A stretch of 64,000 nt of DNA from Okamejei kenojei (taxonomy: Eukaryota), in contig CM069147.1 of assembly GCA_035221665.1 (NCBI GenBank), forward strand, positions 40,114,001 to 40,178,000. The letters run 5' to 3'. Each line of letters begins with the position of its first letter. Positions within the stretch are counted from its first letter, which is position 1. A program made the translations under genes and the position numbers. Below are positions 49,621 to 62,250 of the stretch, piece after piece. Below the pieces are notes generated by a model. That model made no database searches, had not been told where the DNA came from, and saw nothing but the letters and a program-made list of their open reading frames with translations.

Positions 49621-51627
49621 TATGCTTATGCCAATCATTTCCACCTCATTTACACAAGCAAAAAAAACAACTATTTTGGCCACATAGGGCACCAGATTTT
49701 GTAACTCCAAGGAGACCCAGGAATTGCTGATGTTGGAATCCTGAGTAAAAAACAAAGTTCTCAAGGAGCTAAGCCAGTCAGTCAACATCTGTGGGGGAAA
49801 TGGATGGGCGATGTTAGGATCAGGAACTTTCATCAGTCTGAAACATCACCTGTCCTTTTCCTCCACAGATGTTGCCTGACCCGTTGGGTCCCTCCAGCAC
49901 TTTGTGTTCGTAACTCCTAGACCTGACGTAGACACCTCCAGTTGCCTGCCTGATGGAAATTCATGGAATGGGGAAACTGGCTGATGGATGGAAGGCCTCA
50001 GGATGTCAGGTGACAAGAAATTGCCAGGCGGCACTAAGGGAACGCTCTTGTGTTCATTGTGGTGAGACCTGGGCATATGGGATGACTGGAATTCCCTGGT
50101 GTGGTCTGCACCTTCCTACTCCCACAAGGCCAATAGAAGAATACTTAAGACCACGCTATTAGTGCTCACGTTCATATGTTATAGGAGCAGAATTTGGCCA
50201 TTCAGCCCATCAAGTCTATTCCGCCATGCAATCATGTCTGATCAATCTTTCCCTCTCAGCCCCATTCTCCTGCCTTTCTCCTCATAACCCCTGACACCCG
50301 TACCAATCAAGAATCTGATTGTTCTGTGCAATTAACTTGAATTGTGTTAGCATCTTCATTATTTACCAACTAGATGGGGTTTAAGAGGCTTCTGCATAGG
50401 CCAAGGAATGGAGGGGTATGGATTATGTGCAGGCAGATAAGTTTGGCTTGGCATCATATTCAGCACAAACATTATAGGTCAAATGACCTGTTCCTGTGCT
50501 GTACTATGTTACAACTTCTAAATGAATTCAACAATGACCCTGGCAAGTAGAAATAGCAATCGTACAAGAGATTGGATCACGTGGCATAGTTTAATCAACA
50601 AATCGTGTCTCAGTCTGGCATCAAGCCAACATGATTTCTTGACCATAAATGGAAAAAAGAAAGCCAGTTTCACTAAACAAATGACCCAATGATCTGTAAA
50701 AGAGATAATTTCTCTCTATTTTTATTTTCAAAAGTGAGGATCTTTAAGGGCCATTTTTAGTGAATTGACAAATGCAAGCTTCAGCGGACAATGTATTGGT
50801 TGAATAGATTTCACTGTAAAACACTTTCACAAATGGAGAAAACAATTTTCTTGTATCCCAATAGAACATCTGCATACGTAGAATAATCTCTACAAGAAAC
50901 CATTGATATTAATTTAGAATCTTCTTCTGCAAATGGCAATTAACACAACGTCTATTGTTGATTTTATATCTAAGAACAGCAGAGACTTGTTAAACTAAGT
51001 TGTAAAGGGATAAGTGACAAGGGTAGCTATATGGAGTTAGGTTACATGTTGTTAAAGAAGGAACTGCAGGTGCTGGAGAAACGAGGGTACACAAAAGGCT
51101 GGAGTAACCCGTTGAGTTTCTCCAGCCTTTTGTGTACCCTAGGTTACATGTTAATCGTTATCTTGCTGCATGTAGCATCAACGTTTAGGCCTTAATGGCC
51201 TAATCCTATTCCCATGTTTGATTAAAGGCCCGTCTCTATACATGAAAAAGTTTATTTTGTTCTACTTCTCCTTATTTCAGTACAGTGGTTTCGGTTATTG
51301 ATTTTTGCCTGAAACAATATTCCACATTCTCTCTTCCTCAATGAAAATTTATTATTTTTGTGTAAACTGCTGAAGCTTCTTACTAATTAGTTGGACATTC
51401 TGATCAGTAAATATGTCTACAGTCGGATGTGATATTCATACTGTAACTTTTATGGAAGTATTTATCTGACTCATTGAACCATCAGCCTAAAATATAATAT
51501 ATAAGAAGTGTTTTGTTAAGATCTGTGACTCAGACTGACTCTCATTATGGTAAATAACAGAATTGCAACAGAATACAATTTTTTTTGTTGCAAAACAGGC
51601 TGTATAATTCATTTGTATATAATTACA

Positions 51628-51808
51628 TTGGCTATATTTAAGAGTTAGATGTGGCCCTTGTGGCTAAGGGGATCAGGGGGTATGGAGAGAAGGCAGGTAC
51701 AGGATACTGAGTTGGATGATCAGCCATGATCATATTGCATGACGGTGCAGGCTCGAAGGGCCGAATGGCCTACTCCATGCACCTATTTTCTATGATTCTA
51801 TGATTCTA
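51628..51808 (+). mobile_element. CR1 3' fragment
   Basis: Reverse-complement homologue of 41818-42000, with a (tctatgat)n tail. Confidence 0.85.
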
Positions 51809-52099
51809 CAGGGGAGGAATTGAAAAATAACATTTCAAATATTACTGAGATATATTGGTATTGGTTTATAGTTGTCATGTGTACAGAGACACTGTCAAAA
51901 ACTTTGTTTTACTTCGGAGTCACATGAGTGACTACGTGAAGAACCCCGTGCAGCCGTGGGTGCGTCATTACGTCAGACGCTTTGGTGTAGTCGGATGTAG
52001 CAGAGCTCCTCCAAGCGGTAAGTTTAAAACACAAGGTAAGTTTTCAAAATTTTCTTGCGTTCATTTTCTGTTGCAGCGGTAGTGGATACACCGTTAGAA

Positions 52100-55000
52100 A
52101 TGTCACAAAAAGTGAAGAAGGTGTCGGCGAGGCATTCCGCAACATAAAGGGTCGATGATCAGGATAGTATTGTTAGCCCGCTTAGCACACCAAGTCCGAC
52201 GCCAGCAATGGAGCTAGCGACACAGGACCCGCTGCCTGTGAGCAGTGTAGCCATGCCGGTAGGGCGTAAGGCTACTGGAAAATCAAATAGACCCGTGGAC
52301 CCAAAGTCGGGCCTGGAGGTTTTATCCTCAAAAGGAGAGACCATTTGCTCATGGCTCTCCCAGGTCGATGTCTTATTGCAGAAGATGCTCGACAGGGACG
52401 AACTCCGTGAGGAGGAGTGGTGCCCACGCCAGGCTAGTGGAGAGCCTGTGCTCGCAGCGCATATAATAGAGCTGCAAGAATACTATCTCTCCTACGTTTG
52501 GTGAAGGATGGTATACCGGTTGCAGTTTTACTGACGCCGAGTCGTGGCTGAGGAGAGCCTCAAGGGAGTGGAAACTTGAAATTATCCGAAATTTAGCAGA
52601 AAAAATTGCAGTGCCAGAGGAGGCAGGAGAGCGTTTTAGGGATGAATTGGGCTTCCGCCATCCAATATATGCTCTCTCACCAGCGGCAGGAATTGGCCAT
52701 GGATGAGACGGCCTAAAAAGTATAAGCCCCTATCAATTGGGTTTACTAAAGGTACCTATGGTAACATCTTATATGGACACAGTGGGGCTGGCAGCCTGAG
52801 CCAGAGAATTGAATTCCATAAGGTATTGTAAATACTGTCAGCAGGGCACGGCTTTGCCGTTCAGTTGGGGTGGGAGGGGGAGTGGTGTTGTGTGGGTGTG
52901 GTGGGTGTGGTGGTGTGGGGGGGTGGGGGGGGGTGGTGGGGGGGGTGTTGGGGTGGGGTGGTTGGGGGGGAGTGGGGGGGGGGGGAGGATTGTGGGGGTG
53001 TGGTGTGGGGGGGGGGGGGGGGTGTGGGGGGGGCTGGGGGTTGGTTGGTGGGGGGGGGGGGGGGATTGTTGGTGGTGGTGGGGGTAGTATGGGGGTGGGT
53101 GGTGGGGTGGGTGGGGGGGTAGGGTGTTGGGTGTGTGTGGGAGGGGAGGTGGGGGGGGGGGGTGGTAGGGGGGGGGTATGTGGGGTGGTGGTGTGGGGTG
53201 TGGTGGTGGTGGGTGTTTGGATGTGTGTGGGTGGTGTTGATGGGGTGTGGGTGGTGTGGGGGTGGGGAGTGGGGAGGTGGGGTGTGTGGTGTGTTGGATA
53301 GGGGGGTTGGGTGTGTTGGGGTGGGTGTTGGGTCATGGTGGGGGGGGGGGGGGGTTTGGGGTGGTTGTGAGTGGTTGTGTTGTGGAGTGTTGTTTTGTTG
53401 GAGTTAGGGTTAGGGTGATAGTGGGGTGTGTGTGTTGGGGTTTTAGGTTGGAGGGTAGTGTGGGTGTTTTGTAGGGTGGGTAGGGTATTTGTTAGTTGTG
53501 TGTGGTACAGATAATGGTGTAAGGTTTATAGTTAGTTTTTTTTAATTGTTAGTTTTTTTTTAGTAGTATTGTTTGTTTTTTTATGTAGTCAGTATTAGTA
53601 GGTAGTAGAGGTGGTGGTTAGGTGTTTTGTTTTTGATAGTAGTTGTTTAGTAATGGTATGGTAGTAGAGTAGAGACAAACAAACCACCCCCCACACACCC
53701 ACCCAAACCCCCCACCCACCACCACCCCCCCCCCCCTGTAGTAAGGTAGTAGGTTTGGGTAGATGTTTAGGTTTATGTTAGGTAGTGGGTTTTGTAGTAA
53801 GACTTTTTTTTTAGTTTTTTTTTTTTTTTTTTTTTGTGTTGGGTTGTGTAGGGGGGGGTGAAGAGTTATGGTTTGTTTGGGTTGTATTTTGTGTGGTGTG
53901 TTAGGTTGGGTTCGTTTGTTGTTTTGTGGGCGTTGTTGTTTGGGTTAGTTTGTGGTTGGGGGTGGTGTTGTGCGGTGTGGGGTTAGACTAGTATGTGTTT
54001 AGAGATAATATGTATATTAAGTGAGAAGTATTTGAATTTTTTATTTTACTTATTTTATTATATTCCCTTTACTTAATAAATAATCCTTGGTGGGTTTGTG
54101 GGTAGGGTGTTTGTGGGTGGGTAGGCGTGGGTTAGATGTGGTGGGTATTAGACTTGTGTGTGTTTTGTAGGGTGTTTGTTTGGTGGGGTTAGGGTTGGTT
54201 AGAAGTGGGTTGTATGTGGTTTGTGGGTGTGGGGGGGTTGTGGTGTAGTTTATGTGGTTTTTGGAGTCGTGTTTATAGAATAGGTGGGTAGGGGGTGTTG
54301 GGTGGTTGTGTCGGGTTGTATAGATTGGTAGAGGGGGTTAGTGTGTTAGGTGTTGGTTCTATGTGGTTTGTTTGTTTGTTGTTTAGATGTTTTGTTTTTA
54401 TTTTTTTTTTTTATTTTTTTTTCGTTGTCATTTAGAAGGTGTTAGTTAGGTGTTAGTTCTGTGTGGGTGTAGATGTTAAGGATAGGTAGTATGTGTGGAG
54501 TGTGTGTGTGTAGAGAAAGTGTGTGTAGGTTGTATTTAGATGGGTGGGTGGTTATTTTTTTTTTGTGTTAGATTAGAGTTTTAGGGTGTTAGTTTGGTAT
54601 AGAGGTTTGGGTATTAGTTAGGTTAGTGTTATTTTTTTTCTAGTGTGTTCTTTCAGATTTTTTGTGGTTGTGGGTGTGTTGGAGTAGTATGGGTAGTTAG
54701 TTTTGGGGGTAGGTTTGGGTTTTAGAATGTTGGGTATAAGGTTTAAACTTTCATTCAATCCTTAGTTTCTCTATTGTTTTTGTTTTAGTTTTAGAGCGTG
54801 TTGGGTGGTGTTTGGGGGGTTAGTTAGATAGGTTTTTTTCCTAGTTTTTTGGGGTTTAGTGTATGAATTTTGTCTTATTTTGGTGTAGGTAAGCGTGTGT
54901 AGGGTCGATTTTGGCGTAGGGGGTTTAGTGTGTAGAAAGAGGTAATTGTTTTAGGGTTTTTTGTAGTTGTGGGTGGTTAGGTAATGGGTTTGGTAGATTT

Positions 55001-57347
55001 TGCGGTTTTATAAGGGTTTTAAGGGTGGTAGAAGGGGTTATTTGTGGGTTTTTTATATGTTGTTTTTTTTTAGAGGGGGTATGGGGGGTTAGTGTAGAAG
55101 GTTTGTAGTTAGAGAAGATGTTAGTGTAGAGGTTAAGGTGTAGAAGGGTGTGTGGTAATAAGTCGACATTGGTAGTTTTTTGGTAAGAAGTGGGTTGTTT
55201 TTGTTAGATTGAGTGTGTTAGATGGGTGTTGTTTATTGGTAGTAGATTTGTGGGGTGTTAGGTTTGTCACTGTGTTAGGTTGGTGTTGTCGGTGTGGGTA
55301 GAGGGTATGTTGGTGTGGCTTCGTTGTTGTTTTTGTGGGTTTTTGTAGTGGTTTGGGTGGGGTTTTTGGGTTATTAGGTAGGTTTAGGTCTTATTTTTGT
55401 GGTAGAGTTTGTTTAGTGTGGTAGATAAACAAAGGAGCCAAAAAGAGTACAAAAGAAGGAAGGAAGGAAAAAAAGAAAAGAAGAAAAGAAAAAAAAGAGA
55501 AGAAAAAAGAAGCAAAGGAAGAGAAGAAAGTAAAGAAAGAAGATGAAAAGAAGAAAAAGAAAGAGAAGAGTAGAAAAAGAAATAAGTAGTTTTGTTGGGT
55601 AGATTAGGTTTCGTTGTGGGTGTAGTTATTTTTGTGTGTGTGGGGTAGATGATTGGTAGGGTGGTGTTGGTTGGATTGGTTTTTTTTTGGGGTTTGGGTT
55701 GGGGGTAGGGGGTTTAGAGGTAGGTGGTAAAGAACCTAAGGAGAGACTGTTTAAGGGGTGTAGTTGGGTAGGTTGTGTTTAATGTGTATAGATAGGGGGT
55801 AGAGGATAGGTAGATATGGGTTAGTTATTGTTGGGGTTTTTTAGGTGTGGTTTGTGGTGTGGGGGTGGGTTTGGTTAGTAGGTTTGTTTGTGTGTGGTAG
55901 AAGTGGGAGTATTACATGAGAGAAAAGAATAATAGAAAGAATGAAGGAAAGAAGAAGAAAGAGGGAGAGAAGGTGGAGAGTAAAAAAGAAAAAAAATAGA
56001 GAAGTAAGAGATAGAAGAAGAGAGATAAAGTAGAGAAAGAGTAGAGAGAGAAGAAGAGAAGAAAGAAAGTTTAGTTAGGGTACGTGGGGGTCGGGGGTGG
56101 GTGGTATAGAGGTAAGGGGGGGGGGGTTGTTTTCTGGTGAGTGTTAGGGTTGGTTGTTGGGTTAGAGAGACGGTTGGGTTTGTATGTGGGGGAGGAGGTG
56201 GGTGTAGGTGTAGAGGTAGGGTATAGAGGTGGTGGGTTGTGTTGTAGATTAGAAGTTTTAGTATGGTGGTTTATTTTATGGTTAAAAGAAAAAGCGACAA
56301 TTCACACACAGAAAAAAAAGAAGAAATATCAATATAATTTCTCGGAAAGAACGAAGAAGAAGTTGAGGGGGGGGGGGGGGGAAGTAGTTAGAGTAGGGTT
56401 TAGTTGGTATGGACGTTAGATGTTTTATTTTTTTAGGTTTAGTATTTTTTTTTGGTAGTTGTAGGTGGTAGCAGGTAGGGGTTAGTGTGTTTTTTTTTTA
56501 GTTTAGTTTTTTTTTTTTTTGATTTTTTTTTTTTTTATGTAGTGTTGGTATCGTATAGAGTTGGGTTGGGGTTGGTGGGGTGGTGTGGGGCGGTGTGGGT
56601 GTTAGTAGTTGTGGTTGTGGGTTAGGGTGTAGGGGGTAAAGTATTAGGGGGTGGTTGGGGGGTGTGTTGTTAGTTTGGTGTGTAGGTTGTGTTGTGATTT
56701 GTTTGGTTTAAGAGAAAAGAAGAGGTGGGGGTGGGGAGGTGAGGGTGTAGGTAGAGTGGAGGGCTGAGGGTGTATGTGAATGGAGAGAAGGAGGGGGGGG
56801 GGGGGGGGGCCGCGGATAAAAAAGGGGGGGGGGGGTACTGTGTAAAGAAAGAAAGAGATAAAGAATGTAGAAATGGTTAGAGAAGGCTTAAGTAGGGTGG
56901 TGGGGTTGTTTGTGGTGTTGGGTTTGTTTGTATAGAGGAGTGTAGAGTGAGTCGTGGTTGGGGTGGTTGGGTGAGGTGTGTGAGGTGGGCTGTAGGTATT
57001 GTGGGTGTGTAGAAGTTGTGTGTAGAGGGTTTGTATGTAGTGTATTTTATTTGTTGGTTTGGTGGGGTTGGTTGGGGGGGGGTAGACAAGGGGCCATATG
57101 TCAGAAGCCCATCAAGATGCACTGGGACGTCTGTGCTTATTTTGAAATCAATAATATTAGACAGAGTGGTATTCGACCAGCTATTAATCCTAATCTGGCA
57201 TCTTTGTGTAAACCGCCCAGCGTACAACTGCCCAATCTTTTATTTGGAGAAGATCTCGCTAAGCGAGTCAAAGAGCTGCATGAGAACGCTAAAACTATGG
57301 GCCTCATTAGGCCGGGTGGCAAACAAGGAAAGAGGGTTTTTCCTTAA
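52100..57347 (+). pseudogene. DIRS gag-like ORF1, frameshifted and interrupted by the G/T-rich block
   Basis: ATG at 52100 (MSQKVKKVS). The C-part after the block reads HQDAL...FEINNIRQSGIRPAINPNLASLCK...LLFGEDLAKRVKEL. Confidence 0.6.
52866..57082. other. ~4.2-kb aperiodic G/T-rich, C-depleted low-complexity block (probable long-read artefact)
   Basis: No repeat unit and very little C on the plus strand. Switches abruptly to A/G-only and A/C-only patches. Sits inside an otherwise continuous gag frame. Confidence 0.7.
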
Positions 57348-57559
57348 CGGCGGGGTACCAGTTCGGTCGCCAGGGAAGGGATCAGCCACTCAGCTTTGCA
57401 GTGTCGGAGCTGGCAGCCTGCCACAGGCGTGAGGGGAAGGATGTCTTTCCCTACAAAGGGCCGGGGGCCACAAGGGCAGACAGGACGTATGCAGGTGAGA
57501 AAAATTCCTCTTAAAGAGAATGAATAAAGTGAAATAGATGTTCAAATTACATTTGTTTC

Positions 57560-59335
57560 TCAAACAATGGCAGGAGATAACATCAGATTAATTTATACTT
57601 AGCAGTATTGAGGGGGTGAAAATTGAATTTTACTCTACTGTGTGTACACCTAATCAGCATGCAAACTTATATTTTCAGAAGAAGAAAATGTGCTCATACA
57701 AGCAGAAATTAATACATTACACAAAAAAGGGGTTATTGAGAAGTCAGTTCATCAAAATCGTCAGTTTGTGTCAAGTATTTTTCCTAGGTCTAAAAAGACT
57801 GGGGGATGTAGAATTATTCTGGATATGACGAGTTTGAACTCATTTGTTTGCTATAGGCATTTCAAAATGGAAACCTTTTCTATGGCTAAACATCTGTTTT
57901 CCAAAGGGTGTTATATGGCCAGCATCGATTTAAAGGGTGCATATTACTCAGTGTCTATTCATCGTGATGATAGGAGGTGTTTGAAATTTATCTGGATGAG
58001 GCAGTTGTGGCAATTCAAAGCATTGCCTAATGGGTTAACTTCAGCTCCTAGATTATTTACTAAATTGTTAAAAACCTGTTCTAGGATTACTCCGAGCTCA
58101 GGGGCATGGTGTAATGGCCTACTTAGACAATATTTTTATTGTTGAGAAGACTCGGGCTGTAGCTGAATCATCTGTTTCAATTGTTAAACTCACTTTTGAA
58201 CAATTGGGGTTCGTCATTCATCCAGATAAATCCAAATTATCACCAGTTCAAATCATTGATTATTTGGGCTTTACCATTAACTTGAATCACATGTTAGTGA
58301 CTTTGCCTAGGGACAAATGGCAGCAGTTAATTGAGGATTGTGTTAATCTCTTTAGAGAACAATGACCTTCAATTAGACAAGTAGCCAGTTTAATTGGTAA
58401 ATTGGTGGCTGCTTTTCCAGCTGTGCAGTATAGACCTCTGCATTATCAACAATTACAATGAGCAAAAGAGCAGGCACTGAGGACACAAGTGGGCCATTTT
58501 TGATGGGCCTCTGCAATTGTCAGCTGGGGCAATTTCAGACATTCAATGGTGGATCATAAATGTTTCAAAAAGCTCTATGGAGGTTTTGGTGGAACCATCT
58601 CCCATAATATTACAGACGGATGTCAGTGCATTGGGTTGGGGTGCTGCAGATATGTCTTCCAGTTGTGGAGGCAGATGGAATACTGATGAGACATCCCTTC
58701 TTCAATTAAGAGGGATCAATTATTTGGAGTTGTTGGGAACCTGGTATGGGCTTAAAGCTTATTGCTCTGCCAGGAGTGACTTGCATGTGCAGGTTCAGAT
58801 TGACAACACTACAGCAGTGGCATCTGTAAACCACATGGGTGGAGTCAAGTCATGGTCTTGTGATAGACTGCCTAATCAGATCTGGAGCCGGTGCACTGAC
58901 TGAAATATCTGGCTTTCAGCAATATATTTACCAGGTAGATTGAACACAGTAGCTGACATTAGGTCACCCCAATTCAATGATAACATAGAATGGATGTTAA
59001 ATCAGGACATATTTAATCAAGTGATTGCTCAGTATGGAATATTGACTTGTTTGCATCTAGACTCAACCATCAGTTGCCCAGATATGTTTCATGGGAACCA
59101 GATCCTGGTGCAGCAGCGGTGGATGCATTCTCGCTGCATTGGGGTGGAATGTTTGTTTATGCATTTCCTCCATTCTGTCTCATCAGTAGATGCTTGCAAA
59201 AGATCAAGCAGGACTCTACTTGAGGAGTATTGGTAGTGCCAGATTGGCCTACACAACCATGGTTCCCTCTCGTATTGCAAATGGCCAGTCAGCCTCACAT
59301 GATTATTCCCAAGCATAAAAATCTACTGGTAAATC
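57560..59335 (+). pseudogene. DIRS pol: RT, RNase H and methyltransferase-like domain, frameshifted
   Basis: KKTGGCRIILDM, HFKMET, SIDLKGAY, LPNGLTSAPRLFTK, YLDN, LQTDVSALGWGA, INYLEL, IDNTTAV, and IDLFAS...YAFPPF (59041-59175). Confidence 0.9.
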
Positions 59336-59390
59336 CAGTAGCTGGTGATCAACATCCTTTACATGATCATATTGATCTGTTAATTTGCAG

Positions 59391-60342
59391 ATTTTAAGGA
59401 GGCCATACCTGGGGAGAGGGCTGTCTGATCGTACCGTGGATGTTCTCACGTCGGCCTGCAGGGATAGTAGTCAGAAGGAGTATCACCTCGAAAAGGAAGT
59501 GGGAGGTATTCTGTCCACAGCAGAATACCTCATATCAAACTGCAGGCATCCAGACGTACTGGAGTTCTTGTCCACTCTTTATTTTGATCAAAAATTAAGC
59601 TATAGTGCGATCAATACAGCCAGAAGTGCTCTGTCTTCTTATTGAATTCAGTTACATTCAGTAGGGACACATCCGTTAGTTTCTCGATTTATGAAGGGAG
59701 TTTTCAATTCTAATCCTCCTAAACCCAGGTATGCCTGTATTTGGAATGTGAGTGAAGTTCTTATGCTTCTTCGCCAGTGGGCTCCTGTTGCAAGCCTATC
59801 TCTAGCCAAGCTAACTATGAAGGTGGTCATGCTTATGGCGTTGGTATCAGCCCAACGTGTGCAAACATTGCAAAAGCTACGGCTAGACGGAATGCAGGTA
59901 TCGGCAGATGCCATTACTTTTTATGTCTATGATTTGCTCAAACATAGTAGAATAGGCGTGACAGGATGTAAGATTGTGTTTTTCAGCATACCCCACAGAT
60001 GCTCGCCTGTGTGTAGTATCACATTTGTCTCGTTACATTGAGGCCACCAGAGCCCTACGAGGAACAGAGTCTGCATTATTCATTAGCCACAAAAAACCAC
60101 ACAGTAATGTGTTGATGCAAACAATTTCAAGGTGGCTAAAGCAGGTTCTGGCAAGTGCTGGGATTGATACTGATAAATTCAAATCTCATTCCACCAGGAC
60201 GGCATCAACTTCTGTGGCAAGGGCGATGGACGTGCTTATAGACCATATCCTCGCAGCCGCAGGATGGTCCAGTGAGCTGACCTTCCAAAACTTTTATCAT
60301 AAGCCGATTACAAGGCTGGGGTGTTTGTTGATTCTGTTTTGA
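59391..60342 (+). pseudogene. DIRS tyrosine recombinase, frameshifted
   Basis: LSYSAINTARSALS, MKGVFNSNPPKPRY, LMALVSAQRVQTL, HSTRTASTS, ILAAAGWSSELTFQNFYHK (R...HxxR...W...Y catalytic set). Confidence 0.92.
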
Positions 60343-61282
60343 GTTTTGTTATAGTTTCCCCCTGAGTTAGAGGGGTTGTTATTGTTTTGTTTCTAAATAA
60401 ACTGTTATTCAGTTAACAATGTCATGATTGATGCATTATTGATTATTAACGACATTTGAGTGACTCCGAAATAAAATAGTAAGATTAAACGAGAACTTAC
60501 CAGTTTGAAGTTTGATCTTTATTTTATGAGTAGTTACGATGAGGAATTACATGCCCTCCGCTCCCAACCCTCATAAATATAATCCGGTAGTTATAGTCTT
60601 TGTTATCTTACTATTATACTTCTGTAATTATTACCTGTGATTTCACTCCACTGCTTTGAAGATTGACGCACCAACGGCTGTATGGGGTTATTCACGTAAT
60701 CCCTCATCGTAACTCCTCATAAAATAAAGATCAAACTTCAATCTGGTAAGTTCTCATTTAATCTTACTATTTTGTGTGCTATCCAGGCAAATCATACGAT
60801 ATATGAGTACATCAACTACAGAGAAAACAAACAGTGCAGAGTATACTGCTACAGCTGCAGAGAAAGTGCAGGTAAAATAAAAGTGCAGGTGCCGCAGCGA
60901 GGTAGATGGCAAGATTGGAAATACATCTCTAGGTCTGTTCAAGTAAGAATGAGGAAGGAGCTTTAGTTTAGTTTAGAGATACAGCATGAAAACAGGCCCT
61001 TCGGCCCATCAACCAGTATCTGCAGTCTGGTTTGCATGAGGAACAAGCCAGAGACCACAACTCTCTGTAATTATTTATACATTCTTGGGCAGACCAGTTG
61101 CCTTACCATGCTATGAAGCATCCTGATCTTGCGAAGCATCTATAAAAATTGGTAAAAGTCGTTACAGATACATGTGTAGAATTTTCTTAGCCTTCTAAGG
61201 AGATAGAAGCATAGGTATGCTTTCTTAACCATAGTGTTGGCGCGGTGCTCTAGGACAAATTATTGATGATATTGGCATTACA

Positions 61283-61933
61283 TGGGGCGGCAAAGTGGCT
61301 CAGCGGTACAGTTGTTGCGTTACAGCACCAGAGATCAGTGTTCGATTCTGACTATGGGTGCTTTCTTTTAGTTTAGTTTTGAGATACAGAGCAGAAACAG
61401 GCCCTTTGGTCCCCCAAGTGTGAGCCGACCAGCAATCCCCGCACACTTACACTATCCTACACACACTAGGGACAACTTACATTTATAGAAAGCCAGATGA
61501 CCTACACACCTGTGCATCTTTGGAGTGTGGGAGGAAACTGAAGATCTCGGAGAAAACCCACGCAGTCACGGGGTGAACGTGTCAACTCCATACAGGCAGC
61601 ACATTTAGTCGGGATTGAACCCGGGTTTCTGGTGCTGAAAGTGCTGTAAGGCATCAACTCTACCGCTGCACCACCGTGCCGCCCTCTGGACAGTGCGGGC
61701 TGTACAGAGATGGAAAATTCTCCCTGTGACCGTGTGGGTTTTCTCCGGGTGCTCCGGTTTCCTCCCACACTCCAAAGTCATATAGGTTTGTAGGTTAATT
61801 GGTCTTGGTAAGTTGTAAAACTGTCCCTAGTGTGTAGGAAAGTGTTAGTGTATGGGGTGATCGCTGGTTGGTGTGGATTCGGAGGGCTGAAGAGCCTGTT
61901 TCCGTGCTATAACTCTACAGTCTAAAGTCTAAA
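61283..61933 (+). mobile_element. V-SINE split by a second, inverted V-SINE (61366-61684)
   Basis: Head at 61283-61365, then a complete reverse copy, then the V-domain and tail resume at ~61700-61933. Confidence 0.8.
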
Positions 61934-61939
61934 ATCTCC

Positions 61940-62250
61940 ATCATCGATACAGACCGGGGAGTGTACTCCACCCCACTTCCGGAATTCAATGTCCTGCTCC
62001 ATTATTTGACTGATATGGAGGGAGAGTTTGTTTTCTTTACACCATGCTACTAAGCTCGCTATCTTTCCTGCACACTTGTCATGTTGACGTTTGAAATCCA
62101 GCCCACAATGCTGGTGGCATCTGCAAACCAGTGCATGGAGTTGCAGCAGAAAAATGGCCATACAGGCGTGAATGTACAGGGAGTATAGTAAGGGGCTGAG
62201 AATGCAGCCTTGCGGGGCACCAGTGTCGAGAATTATTGTGGAGGAAGTTT
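61940..62250 (-). mobile_element. Rex1/Babar-like RT fragment
   Basis: The minus strand encodes GAPQGCILSPLLYSLY and LVAWCKENKLSL...IEFRK. Confidence 0.7.

Larger units (their letters stand above)
51908..60773 (+). mobile_element. DIRS1-group tyrosine-recombinase retrotransposon, structurally complete but mutated
   Basis: lITR ~51908-51967, ICR ~60458-60553, rITR plus right extension ~60665-60773. Both ends are TTT. Internal gag, RT/RNase H/MT and YR regions. The flanks rejoin a LINE-tail repeat (...aaaactttgtttt|gtgtgctatccagg). Confidence 0.93.

Noticed and set aside
53400-53420. TTAGGG motifs suggesting an interstitial telomere
   Set aside because: Only isolated or paired hexamers, as expected by chance in G/T-rich sequence. 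There is no array.
52746-53474. Pro/Thr/His-rich and Gly/Val/Trp-rich ORFs (extensin-like)
   Set aside because: They are translations of the G/T low-complexity block on both strands, with no splice or codon structure.
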